In this document: piece by piece, positions 45,457-55,171 of the stretch
How the letters are laid out: every line of letters starts with the position of its first letter
Numbering within the stretch: position 1 is the stretch's first letter
Assembly (NCBI GenBank): GCA_902529935.1
Contig: CABZYK010000003.1
Coordinates: forward strand, 64,787 to 128,786
DNA: 64,000 nt
From: an uncultured SAR86 cluster bacterium
Lineage (GTDB): Bacteria > Pseudomonadota > Gammaproteobacteria > Magnimaribacterales > AG-339-G14
Direction: 5' to 3'
Position numbers and translations under genes: made by a program
The notes under the pieces: model-generated
The model's input: only the letters and a program-made list of their open reading frames with translations
What the model was told of the DNA's origin: nothing
Databases searched by the model: none

Positions 45457-47400
45457 CTAGATGTTGAGAAAATACCCTTTTGCATTTTCTGAATCTTCTG
45501 TAAGCAAATTTCTATCTAATAGGATATTTTTTGGAAACGAACAGCACGCTAAATCTGGGACCATAAGACAAGCGTGGCAACCCGCCAAATTCATGCCATT
45601 TAAAGCCTGACCTTTTGAATCGCTACAAATTGGGTCATTGGAACAAAACCTAGAATTTTCGATAGCATTATGTAAAAGATTTTCAAATAATTCTGGTTTA
45701 ATCATTCTAACCAACCCCCCTAATGATCCAGACGAGTCTGCAGATGCCGTGTAAATTAATAATCCTGCCATTTTTTTTTCCTTACTGTAATAAATTCTTT
45801 CTAGCAATTCTGTGATTCCGTAACCACATTCTGCTGCTAGTTGATTCATCAAAGAATGAGAAAATGAATGGATCATCACATAACCCGGATCAAATGATTC
45901 TGATCTGCTTAACTTTTCAAATAAAAAAGTATTTTTTGCGTTACTTTTTATTAAATTAGCTCTTTCAAGAAAATATGGATTTTCATCGAGCCAAGAGGAA
46001 ATTTTTTCATATCCAAAGTCTATAAAAATTCCTTCTCCTGTAACCTCGATACAAGGAAGAAAATCTACTAATTCTCTTGCAGCATTGAATTTTTCCTCTG
46101 GGGAGACACTACTAAGCGATTCTGCTTGACGTTCAAATCCCAACAAAGCAGTTGCCGTTTTGACTTTCTTTACCTGATGAAGGCTTGAGAAAAAATTAGA
46201 AATATTCTCATTCTTATAACTGTCTAAAGATATTTTAGATGCAATAAAATCATCGTCATCAACCTTATCTTGAATAAGAGTTTGATACTCTTTATAAAGA
46301 AAATCCTTATCAAGTTCCTCAGAATTAAGACGTTCGATTGGTTGCTCATATATCTTGCTGAAATGAGTAGTTATGATTTGGGTAGCTTGATCAAGATCTA
46401 AACTATATTGTTCATGTATCCCAGTATTATCCAGAGTATCCCTTAACGAATCCATTACATCAGGATTATCTAAAGCCTTATTTATAAACCTTGTTATTAA
46501 GTCATCATCCAGAAGGGGAGATCGTATACTCTCTGGATCTGGAACAAAAATTGCACTTTTATGAATTGGCAGATAAATTTTCGAAGCTCCTCTTGGTTGA
46601 ACATCAACAATCTCATCACATTTTTCACTGTCGCCTAGCCAAGGTCTTTTCCCATCACATGAAAATATTTTTCTGCCGTCTCTATCAAGAATTTCCTTTC
46701 TATTGTCAATTTTATTAATGCCAGTTAAAGGTTTTGACTTTCCACATTCAGCGCAAGTTATTCTTAAGCTAGAAAAACCTGCTCCAGTTCCATTATCATC
46801 TAAATAAAGAGATGGGCTATTGTGACTATGATTTTTTGTGAGCATTTTACATCCATCATCGCAACTTGTTGACATCAGCCTGTCCCAGTTAATATCTTGG
46901 ATGTGACCTTTCTGACAAAAAGATATGAATCTAACAGGCTCAGTTTTAGATCCCCATCGTGAATCGTTACAAGGTGAACCTTTTTTCCATTTAGGCAGTC
47001 TTGGGTTAGAACAACGTCTAGAGGTTGCAATTGGACTATGTTTCATCAAAGCATTACAGCTCATACAAATCGACCACTCAGGAAATATCGATACTGGTAT
47101 TTTTCCAGCTATAGGATGAAAAGAAGGCTGATATTGATCGTATTCAACTGGCGGTTCAACAAGTTTTCGTATATTAATATAGTGCCGAGGAGAGTTTTCA
47201 AAATTTTTAAGAACTATATTTAGGTAGTCAACGAACCTTTGATTGTTAATTTTTAAGTTATTTATCTTATCGGGAGTGAGATCCCATTTATCAACAGACA
47301 TTGTCATTCCAGGAAAGTCAACGTAGTCATAGGTCGCACCAACACCAAAGGTAGTAACTATTTGACTTCTTCTTAAATCATTATTGCTATTGAATGGCAT
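45457..47400 (-). CDS. drmB: DUF1998-domain protein, DISARM DrmB-like
   Basis: C-terminal Zn-type Cys cluster FCSNDPICS...GCHACLMVPDLACCSFPKNILLDRNLL is typical of DUF1998. A 14-nt overlap with the upstream helicase gene. Confidence 0.8.
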   Translation of the reverse strand: MPFNSNNDLRRSQIVTTFGVGATYDYVDFPGMTMSVDKWDLTPDKINNLKINNQRFVDYLNIVLKNFENSPRHYINIRKLVEPPVEYDQYQPSFHPIAGKIPVSIFPEWSICMSCNALMKHSPIATSRRCSNPRLPKWKKGSPCNDSRWGSKTEPVRFISFCQKGHIQDINWDRLMSTSCDDGCKMLTKNHSHNSPSLYLDDNGTGAGFSSLRITCAECGKSKPLTGINKIDNRKEILDRDGRKIFSCDGKRPWLGDSEKCDEIVDVQPRGASKIYLPIHKSAIFVPDPESIRSPLLDDDLITRFINKALDNPDVMDSLRDTLDNTGIHEQYSLDLDQATQIITTHFSKIYEQPIERLNSEELDKDFLYKEYQTLIQDKVDDDDFIASKISLDSYKNENISNFFSSLHQVKKVKTATALLGFERQAESLSSVSPEEKFNAARELVDFLPCIEVTGEGIFIDFGYEKISSWLDENPYFLERANLIKSNAKNTFLFEKLSRSESFDPGYVMIHSFSHSLMNQLAAECGYGITELLERIYYSKEKKMAGLLIYTASADSSGSLGGLVRMIKPELFENLLHNAIENSRFCSNDPICSDSKGQALNGMNLAGCHACLMVPDLACCSFPKNILLDRNLLTEDSENAKGYFLNI

Positions 47401-50400
47401 CTTGAGTTTGTTCGTTTTTAACTATTTCTACTTGTAAATCAGAATTTCGCATACTTGTTGGAGCAGAAAAAACAGCACCCTCACCAACAGGAAATCCAGG
47501 GTCAAAAAGTCTCGTGTCAGATGGTCTTCCTCCCATTTTACCCCATTCATCAATATTGCCAGATTTTTTCCAACGATCCTTAATTCTCTTTAATTCATTT
47601 TTTACCATATCAAGCTCTTCCGGATCTGATTTTTTTACTGAATCTAGAATCCAATCTTCAGCTAATTTAAATCTTTCCTTGTCTTCTTTTTCACTATAAG
47701 TGGGATTATTTATATCTTTCCCAAAACTTAAAACAAGTGAAGCAAAAATTGCAGGCAAACCTCGTTTTCTGGCTCCCGAAGAGAAGGGTGTAACACTCAC
47801 AGTCTCAACATATCTATAGATAGACTGATGATAATTTTTAAACATTTCATAAATAGATCTATCTTTGGATTTTGCATGATTAAAAATAGTTACAACTAAA
47901 CCGGGATTTCTTCGCCCTACTCGTGAAGAAGCTTGAATGTATTCCGCAGTAGTTTTAGGCTGACCATGAACTAACATAAGGCCTAGTCTTGGGATATCTA
48001 CCCCCACTGAAATCATATTTGTTGCTAATAAAATATCTATTCCTTTAACTGTATCTTCGGCGCTTCTAAAAGTTTGAGTCCAAGGAATATTGATTTCTTC
48101 TAAGATGCTTTCTATTTCATCTTGACTTCTTCTGCCGGTCAATTCTCTTATCTTTTTAATTTGTCTCGAGAACCTTGTGAGCTTATCATCAACAGATCCA
48201 AATTTCCCTCTGTTAAAATTTTTTGCATTTCTTCTTAAGGAAGCATTGAGATTTTGTTTCTGATTGCTCATGTAGGCTAGCTCTCTTTTACTGTTGAAAT
48301 ACCATACGGCAGTTCCAAAGGGATCAAAAGACATCTCTTTTGAAGTTGGCAAAGGATATATAGTGTCTCCTTCCGCTAAGTTATGATTAAATTTTTCTTT
48401 TAAACCTAATTTAAATCCTAGTTCATCAGCTTTTTCTATATAGCTTATATCGTATTTAGCGACTTCCTTTCCATCGTAAAAAGTAAAGCTACTATCTTCT
48501 TTCAACGATGATAGTGGAGAGACGTAAAGATGATCAACTCCTTTCTTGACTTTTGATTTAGTCATTGGAAGTATGTCATTTGGGCTCTGAAGTAATGGAA
48601 TTGCTGCTGAAACGGAAGACTCAATCATAGAACCTTTCGAAGAGCCAAAATAACCCATATAAATCCTACCTGGTACATCCTTGGTATCTCTCTCAGTAGC
48701 AAAAAAAGAATCTTCCCAATCAATTACTTGCGGGGGGAAAATATTGGATCTCCTACCGCGGTAAAGAGATTTAGCCTGATCACCCGAAAAAGTAAGAGTA
48801 GCTGAAGCACCAACTATTTTCGGTATCTGATTTTCAGTTGACATTAGTTTCATGACAACATTTTCAAATAAACCAACCATAGTTCCTAGAGGTCCAGAAA
48901 TTAAATGAAGTTCATCCTGAATTATCATCTCTGGAGGATCGTATTGGTCATTTTTAATTAACTCTATGGCCTCTTTTCGCCAACATAATTTAGCAAAGTT
49001 ATCTACAGTCCCCAGAAGCAAAGTTGGCTTTTCTTGAAAAATTGATTCTTCCCATAAGAACACGGGCAATTCTTCATAGAAAATACATTTTTTATCAGAA
49101 CACTTTATTATTGCCTTCCCCTGTCTGCGAACATAGCCTCTGTCATCTGGATGAGAAATTTTTGATTTACACCAAGGGCATTGATGAAGAACGAACTTAT
49201 AATTTCCTTGATCATCTTTACCAGATCGATCTTGACCATTTAATATTCTAATTGCATTTGCATGAGTATTTGGATTACCTTTTGAGCCTATCCAAAGTCC
49301 CAAAGATATCATTTTATCTCCTAGATTTAGATTTAGAATTCCATGTCTTCTGATAAATTCCAGAGCACAAATTAAAGCTGAAGATCTCCTAAATTGATCA
49401 GAAGTAAGTAATCTCAAGGTATATCTCATTAATGAAGTTACCCCAGCATTATTTGGATTTCTGAGTCTTCTTAATAAAATGTTGAAAGCAATCAAACCTA
49501 AATAAGCCTCAGTTTTTCCACCGCCAGTTGGAAACCAAATCAGATCTACTTGTTCTCTTAATTCAGAATATTCTTCTGGCTCTACTATTTCGGGCAATAT
49601 AGTAAGGATGAATGCTATTTGAAATGGTCGCCAACTTCCCTTTAGCCCTGTATGCTTTAAGTTCTTGAGTGATTCAATAAATTCAAGCTCTAATTCAAAA
49701 TTTTGATCCTGGTCTTTTTTAATAATTAGTTCTTCATCCTTATCTTTTTTTTCTAACTTATTTAAACGATTCATCTGAAGCAGCATTGCATGATTCATAA
49801 GTCTGAAGCATTTATCAGCCTCATCGTTTTTCTTAATCATATTTAATCCAACTTTCATTCTGCTTAAACATTCCCGAGCATTTGACAGATTTTTCTCAGC
49901 TATTTGCACGAAAGCATCATCCAAAGTATTTTTTTTGTTTTCTTGATCGTCTAGCCAATTTGAATAATTCTGAATAAGATCTTCTAAAGGTTGATATCTA
50001 CCGCTAGTATCTTCATCATTGAGATCGGCAAATTTACTCATGCTTAAATTATCTGAATCTAGTGCTTGTATGCTTTTTGTTTCAAAGGTTGGCACAAAAG
50101 AAGACGAAATAATTTTACAATCATTAGAATTATGATTTTCCTCCCAATCTGAGGCGCAACCCTTTCCAATTGCATAAGACCTCTTGTTTCTGAAAAGTAA
50201 ATCTAGAGTCTCTGCATTCTCTCCATATCCTGATTGGAATGGATTTTTTATAGGTAAAAAACCTGAATCTAGATTTTCTATTTTCATACCTACTTGATAA
50301 TAAATATCCTCTTCATTTTTGCTTTTATTAAACATGGAGATGGAACAAATAATTTTGTCTCTTTTTCTAAATACTTTTACCGAAATAGATAGGCTTTCAT

Positions 50401-50899
50401 TAATCTCGAGAAGCTGAGATCCCAACGCAATATCAACTTCGATTTCATCAATCGTCTTATTTCTTTTCCAAGTATCATTTTCTTTTTTATATTTTGAAAA
50501 GCCGTATAAAATTTTTAATCTATCATCTGTTGCTAGCAAGAAATTCAATCCGAACGCAGAAGGATTATTTTGGGTGGACAGATCGATTATATTTGAAGAC
50601 TCAGAATTGTCTTCATCGTCATCAGCCTCAGGTTGATAGCCTAAACCGGTGTCATTTTCTATTTCTTCTTCTTCAACTTCAATTTCAATGGATTCATTTT
50701 CATGATCAGATGATGAAGAAATGTCAGTTATTTGAGGGTATAAAATTCCTGATATAAATTGATATTTGGGATTAACAGTAATTTCTTCCTCAAGTTCATC
50801 TTCCCAATTACCTCCATAAATTGTTTTTTTAAAGTCACCTATGACTGCTTTTCTAGCTTGAAGAAATTCTTCAAGATTGGGATTAGGTAAGTTTTTCAT
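47387..50899 (-). CDS. drmA: Large SF2 helicase, DISARM DrmA-like
   Basis: FPTGGGKTEAY (motif I), IIQDELHLISGPLG (motif II), ATNMISVGVDIPRL and YIQASSRVGRR (motifs V/VI), behind a ~430-aa N-terminal region with an acidic tract. Confidence 0.8.
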   Translation of the reverse strand: MKNLPNPNLEEFLQARKAVIGDFKKTIYGGNWEDELEEEITVNPKYQFISGILYPQITDISSSSDHENESIEIEVEEEEIENDTGLGYQPEADDDEDNSESSNIIDLSTQNNPSAFGLNFLLATDDRLKILYGFSKYKKENDTWKRNKTIDEIEVDIALGSQLLEINESLSISVKVFRKRDKIICSISMFNKSKNEEDIYYQVGMKIENLDSGFLPIKNPFQSGYGENAETLDLLFRNKRSYAIGKGCASDWEENHNSNDCKIISSSFVPTFETKSIQALDSDNLSMSKFADLNDEDTSGRYQPLEDLIQNYSNWLDDQENKKNTLDDAFVQIAEKNLSNARECLSRMKVGLNMIKKNDEADKCFRLMNHAMLLQMNRLNKLEKKDKDEELIIKKDQDQNFELELEFIESLKNLKHTGLKGSWRPFQIAFILTILPEIVEPEEYSELREQVDLIWFPTGGGKTEAYLGLIAFNILLRRLRNPNNAGVTSLMRYTLRLLTSDQFRRSSALICALEFIRRHGILNLNLGDKMISLGLWIGSKGNPNTHANAIRILNGQDRSGKDDQGNYKFVLHQCPWCKSKISHPDDRGYVRRQGKAIIKCSDKKCIFYEELPVFLWEESIFQEKPTLLLGTVDNFAKLCWRKEAIELIKNDQYDPPEMIIQDELHLISGPLGTMVGLFENVVMKLMSTENQIPKIVGASATLTFSGDQAKSLYRGRRSNIFPPQVIDWEDSFFATERDTKDVPGRIYMGYFGSSKGSMIESSVSAAIPLLQSPNDILPMTKSKVKKGVDHLYVSPLSSLKEDSSFTFYDGKEVAKYDISYIEKADELGFKLGLKEKFNHNLAEGDTIYPLPTSKEMSFDPFGTAVWYFNSKRELAYMSNQKQNLNASLRRNAKNFNRGKFGSVDDKLTRFSRQIKKIRELTGRRSQDEIESILEEINIPWTQTFRSAEDTVKGIDILLATNMISVGVDIPRLGLMLVHGQPKTTAEYIQASSRVGRRNPGLVVTIFNHAKSKDRSIYEMFKNYHQSIYRYVETVSVTPFSSGARKRGLPAIFASLVLSFGKDINNPTYSEKEDKERFKLAEDWILDSVKKSDPEELDMVKNELKRIKDRWKKSGNIDEWGKMGGRPSDTRLFDPGFPVGEGAVFSAPTSMRNSDLQVEIVKNEQTQDAIQ

Positions 50900-50911
50900 A
50901 CTTAATAATAA

Positions 50912-52204
50912 TTAAAATCTTTTATGGGTGAGCAATATATTTTTGAAGTGCTTTCCAATCTCATAAGCAAGCTTTACTGGAACAGCATTTCCTATCTGAG
51001 TATATTTAGGAACCTCTCTTTCAAAATTTAACTCCTTAGGATTTCCTGCTCTTCTGATACCACCTGTGGTTCTTTTTCCGCAGAACTTATACCAATCTGG
51101 AAAAGTTTGTAATCTTGCCCATTCTCTTACAGTTAGAGACCTAGGTTGAGCATAATGCACAAAATCATCAGGCAATGAGGTTGCAGTAATAGTCGGTCCT
51201 TTATTACCCCATCTTTTTGGTAAAAGTCTTTGGGCAAATTTTTTAGTTTTGAGGTTCTCTGGAATTTGACCATTGTTTTTTAGCATGTAAGCGAATTTTT
51301 CTTCAACCTTTTGAGAGTGATTGCTATATTTATGATCAGTTAAAGTATCTCCTTTCATGGAAATTTTATTTGACCGAAAACCTTTTCTTATATTTCTTTG
51401 CCATTTATTTTTCGGATTACTCGGATAGACATTAGTTTGACCACCATTAATAAACTTTCTATCAATTATGTCAGAAAAAACTTCATCCAGATTTGGATAA
51501 TCGTATTTAGGTGCGGGAAGAAAACCATTTAGTAAAGCGTCATGATCATTAACTAAATTCACAGGAATTTTTTTATTAATTCCAATTATCAGAACCCTAG
51601 GTCTATTTTGTGGAACCCCATAGTCTTTTGAAAAAATTAGCTTAAATTTAACGTTATAGTTTGTAATTTTTTTAAAGGCATTTAAAACTTCATAAAAAAC
51701 TTCACCTTTTCTTCCTTCAGGATTCCATTTTGATCTAAGTAGGCCTTGAACGTTTTCGAATAAAAAAATCTTTGGTTCAACTCTTCTTATGAAAAACGCC
51801 ATATCTTGGAACAAGTGATTGGATGGAAGCTGATCTCTCTTAACAGGATAAGATCTTCTGATGCCTAATCGAGAAAATCCCTGACAAGGAGGCCCACCAA
51901 CCACTAAATCAACAGTATCTTTTGAGAAGTCTCTTTGAAAGGAAAGTTCCAATTCATTGAATAAATTCTTAAAAAAATTTCTTTTATAAATCTCATCCCT
52001 TAAATCATGAGAATGAAATTTCTCTCTTAAGTGGGGATAATTTTTATCTCTATTAGAAAGATATGTTTCAAGAGCATCTACATTCAATTCGTTGACGTAT
52101 AAAGGAAAAAAACCAGCTTGTTCAAGGCCTAAAGATAAACCACCACATCCCGCAAACAAATCAATGAATGTTAGTTTATTCTTCTCTATTTTGAGTTTCT
52201 TCAA
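50912..52204 (-). CDS. drmMII: DNA (cytosine-5) methyltransferase (DrmMII-like position)
   Basis: Motif I FIDLFAGCGG, motif IV GGPPCQGFS, motif VI FENVQGL, motif VIII QNRPRV, motif X GNAVPV. Confidence 0.9.
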   Translation of the reverse strand: MKKLKIEKNKLTFIDLFAGCGGLSLGLEQAGFFPLYVNELNVDALETYLSNRDKNYPHLREKFHSHDLRDEIYKRNFFKNLFNELELSFQRDFSKDTVDLVVGGPPCQGFSRLGIRRSYPVKRDQLPSNHLFQDMAFFIRRVEPKIFLFENVQGLLRSKWNPEGRKGEVFYEVLNAFKKITNYNVKFKLIFSKDYGVPQNRPRVLIIGINKKIPVNLVNDHDALLNGFLPAPKYDYPNLDEVFSDIIDRKFINGGQTNVYPSNPKNKWQRNIRKGFRSNKISMKGDTLTDHKYSNHSQKVEEKFAYMLKNNGQIPENLKTKKFAQRLLPKRWGNKGPTITATSLPDDFVHYAQPRSLTVREWARLQTFPDWYKFCGKRTTGGIRRAGNPKELNFEREVPKYTQIGNAVPVKLAYEIGKHFKNILLTHKRF

Positions 52205-53078
52205 GTTGCTCTGCTCCCTTATTCAACTCTCTTCCCAAGACATTAATTCTAGTTTGCATATTTGAAACTTCTTTTACAGAAGCGTCTAATTTCGTCAACA
52301 CCTTTTCGGTACTGGCATCAAACTGTTTGAATTGATCTTTAATTTTTCTGACAACTTCTGCCACCAAGCCGGCCGTTTCATTCAGCCTTAAATAGTGATG
52401 CCCCATCCTTACTGTATCTAAAAATGCTGCCAAAGTATTTGGACCTTGTATTAATATTCGTTTTTGAGAGAGGCAGTCTTGTCTAAGGTTTTCAATTTGA
52501 CCTATTAAATCATTAAGTTTTTCGGAGGCTAAATAAAGGATTCCATAATCTGTGGTGGTATTTTGCAAAATGTATTTATTAGCAATATCATCTGCGTCGT
52601 TTAGGATCGCTGTTTTAAGTTGTCTTAATACCCTAGATTTCTCTGTTTGAGTTTTTGCTTCGTGATAATTGCCATAAAGTCCAGCATAAAACTTCGAATC
52701 AATCGGAATTAGCAGGCCATCAGCAGTCGAGACTGCACAATCTACTTGATCTTGAGTCCTAGGGTTAATGATATGTTGAAAGTTAAAGCTACCCTCAGGC
52801 ATGATCTCGCTGACAATAGATTCGAGACTCCACTCACCTAATCTGCCGGTAGAAACGTTGCCTCCTAAAAATCTATTTAATTCATTTATTGGGGCTGTAA
52901 CAGACTGCAATTGATTTTCAATTTCATTGATGTCTTTAGTGACTACGTCCAATTTATTTTCAAGATATTCTGAAGATGAAGTTTCTTTTATATCTTTGTC
53001 TCTAATTTTTATAACAAGGAACCCTAAAAGACCTAAAGTAATTGAAGATAAAAGAATGGCAACTACATTTAAGATCAT
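52176..53078 (-). CDS. rmuC: RmuC-family protein (short, 300 aa; N-terminal TM + coiled coil + RmuC nuclease-like domain)
   Basis: AILNDADDIANKYI, YGILYLASE and KRILIQGPNTLAAFL match RmuC-domain blocks, from memory. It overlaps the methyltransferase start by 29 nt. Confidence 0.7.
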   Translation of the reverse strand: MILNVVAILLSSITLGLLGFLVIKIRDKDIKETSSSEYLENKLDVVTKDINEIENQLQSVTAPINELNRFLGGNVSTGRLGEWSLESIVSEIMPEGSFNFQHIINPRTQDQVDCAVSTADGLLIPIDSKFYAGLYGNYHEAKTQTEKSRVLRQLKTAILNDADDIANKYILQNTTTDYGILYLASEKLNDLIGQIENLRQDCLSQKRILIQGPNTLAAFLDTVRMGHHYLRLNETAGLVAEVVRKIKDQFKQFDASTEKVLTKLDASVKEVSNMQTRINVLGRELNKGAEQLEETQNREE

Positions 53079-54077
53079 TTAATAAATATCCTTTAATTTC
53101 AATGCTAATTCTTTAAATTTTGCTCTCAAGGCTTTAGGTGCGAGCACTTCTACATCGGCACCAAAACTCATAAGCCATTGTTCAAATTGTAAAGTATCTG
53201 GAACTCTTGCTGTAACTAATAATCTTCCATCTGATAATTCTTTTTCAGTCTGAGTACCATTGAGTTTTGTTTCCGTTAAGTGCGCCGCCATGGTTTTATT
53301 AAATATTGCTTTAAAAGTATAAAGTTTATCGCTGTTTGTAAATCCGAGGTTATTGGTATGAATAAAATCATCCAAACTAAAATTCTCAGGTTGCTTTATT
53401 TTTTGATCTGTTAATAACTCAACCTCTTTAAACCTATGAATTGGTAGATATCTCGGCGTTATAGGATCTTCATCCATCATGCATATAAGATAAGTCATGC
53501 TCCCTTTCACAACGATTGCCATTGGATGCATATGCCTTAAATCAGCTTCTTTTTCTCCTCTCTTTCGATACAAAGCTTTCAGTTGAATACCTTCGAATAC
53601 TGCTTGATATATTTTTTGTCTGATTTCTGATTTTACTGGCGCTTCCTTAAAGCGGATTGTCTCAGGAATCACACGGACCCTTTTCCGCCATCTCAAAACA
53701 TTTGATTTTTCATTACCGGTAAGAACTTTTTCAGCTCTTTTAAAAAATTTTTCTACTCTTTTAAAGCTTGCTTTAGGCATAAGAGGCTCTAAATATTGGG
53801 CCGCCAGTGAAAAGGTAAGAGCTTGTATTGGGTCCATAGCAGGAAATTCATATCCTGGTGAATCTTTCTTCCAACTCCACCCAAAAGGGGTGCTTCTGTC
53901 ATCGCATTCAATGGGAAAAATTCTGGAAAGTTCATTTAAATCCCTTTGCACAGTTCTAAGGCTTGTTTCATAACCAAAGTTATCGAGACCTTGTTTTATT
54001 TCTGTTGCAGTAACTTTGACCGGGTATCTTTTTATTAACTCAGTCATTTTGATCATTCTTAAGACGCTATCGCTCAT
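53079..54077 (-). CDS. wHTH-WYL-WCX transcriptional regulator (BrxR / CapW / YafY type)
   Basis: N-terminal wHTH (TSLRTVQRDLNELS). WYL-like core (LKALYRKRGE...HPMAIVVKGSMTYLICMM...RYLPIHRF). C-terminal WLMSFGADVEVLAPKALR. Its stop abuts the rmuC start. Confidence 0.85.
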   Translation of the reverse strand: MSDSVLRMIKMTELIKRYPVKVTATEIKQGLDNFGYETSLRTVQRDLNELSRIFPIECDDRSTPFGWSWKKDSPGYEFPAMDPIQALTFSLAAQYLEPLMPKASFKRVEKFFKRAEKVLTGNEKSNVLRWRKRVRVIPETIRFKEAPVKSEIRQKIYQAVFEGIQLKALYRKRGEKEADLRHMHPMAIVVKGSMTYLICMMDEDPITPRYLPIHRFKEVELLTDQKIKQPENFSLDDFIHTNNLGFTNSDKLYTFKAIFNKTMAAHLTETKLNGTQTEKELSDGRLLVTARVPDTLQFEQWLMSFGADVEVLAPKALRAKFKELALKLKDIY

Positions 54078-54099
54078 GTCATAATTTTATAGTTTATGC

Positions 54100-54120
54100 T
54101 AACGACAGATTATGTCGTTA
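54100..54120. promoter_or_regulatory. Operator-like site 2: perfect 8-bp-arm palindrome TAACGACA-GATTA-TGTCGTTA upstream of the WYL regulator gene
   Basis: Centred 33 nt upstream of the ATG at 54077. On the minus strand it reads ...ACGACATAATCTGTCGT..., with a -10-like CATAAT inside the site. Confidence 0.75.
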
Positions 54121-54193
54121 AAATAATTTTTTCACATATTATCAATCAGATAGAAGATTGCCACTAAGATTACGAAAGCAATTAATCCAAGAG

Positions 54194-55171
54194 TCATTTT
54201 CTCAGCCTCTGATACCCGCTCAAATGAATAATGCTACTTTGTTTGGATATAGCTCCTAAGGAAATATCTAGCTGAGGATAATTTAAAACAACCTCGCTGC
54301 CCTCATAAGGCCCTGGTAATACCTTTTCTTTCAGACTTTTGATTAAGGTAACAAATTTATCTTTGATCTCACTTTTACTAAAAGGCGTTCGATATATTAA
54401 ATAAGGATCTTTTGAATTTTCAAGTTCTATAGCATCGATTAGAATGCTTCTTGTTAGTTTTTTTGAATATTTAGAATATAAAGCAGGTGAATTAAAGAAT
54501 TCAATTCCTAGACAAGTATTTTTTAAATAAAAAATGAACCCAACCTGATCTTTTAATTCTTTAACTTTTAAAGATAGCTGTTTAAGTGAAGAGTTTGCAT
54601 TTCTGTAAGTATCATTTATGGAGGATGTAAGGGATCTTACGTTCATATTTCTTTGCTTTTCTTGAATATCTTTCCATACTTCAGACTGATTTGAATGTTT
54701 TCTGCCCGTATTTATTTTCGATTCATTTACATAAAACATCTTGTTTCCTTTTGCTCTAAAATTATGTAAATCGTCTGAATAGTTAAATTTGCCGTAAGTC
54801 GATGACCATCTGTTCTGTTCAACACAACTTACGTCCATCATGAATTCACCATGGCCAGAAAGTAAAGTGGAATCATTGAGAGTTCTATTTTGCTTAGCTC
54901 CTTCAATTATTTCTCCATTGAGCAAAAGAACATCTTGACCAGATTTATTTTTAATTTTTACCTTACTAACGTCTCCTGTTTCCATAACTTCAAAATCATC
55001 AAGATTTATGGCTTCTTCAAGAGATAATAAATTGCTTGAGGAGAATTCATTTAGCTTTTTAGTAATAGGGAAGAGGGTAAGAGTTTCACTAATTTCTTCT
55101 CCTTGAAGTATTAAAAGTTGATTAATTTCTTTTTCTAATTCGCTTGATTGGGCATTTCTGATGTCTGTCAT
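54194..55171 (-). CDS. Hypothetical 325-aa protein (contains LLNGEIIEGAKQNRTLN...VSCVEQNRW block; possibly DUF6569/ARPP-1-like, from memory)
   Basis: Clean ORF with a 4-nt overlap with the upstream DUF4258-like gene. The family call is unverified. Confidence 0.55.
   Translation of the reverse strand: MTDIRNAQSSELEKEINQLLILQGEEISETLTLFPITKKLNEFSSSNLLSLEEAINLDDFEVMETGDVSKVKIKNKSGQDVLLLNGEIIEGAKQNRTLNDSTLLSGHGEFMMDVSCVEQNRWSSTYGKFNYSDDLHNFRAKGNKMFYVNESKINTGRKHSNQSEVWKDIQEKQRNMNVRSLTSSINDTYRNANSSLKQLSLKVKELKDQVGFIFYLKNTCLGIEFFNSPALYSKYSKKLTRSILIDAIELENSKDPYLIYRTPFSKSEIKDKFVTLIKSLKEKVLPGPYEGSEVVLNYPQLDISLGAISKQSSIIHLSGYQRLRK

Noticed and set aside
37578-54121. An identical 14-mer, GATTATGTCGTTAA, in direct orientation at 37578 and 54108. 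I considered these as att-like direct repeats bounding a 16.5-kb insert.
   Set aside because: The sequence is half of a palindrome. Related copies occur at 39461 and 55449-55481. Every copy sits just upstream of a gene start with a -10-like hexamer inside it. No integrase is present. An operator interpretation fits better, although the boundary-repeat idea is not strictly excluded.
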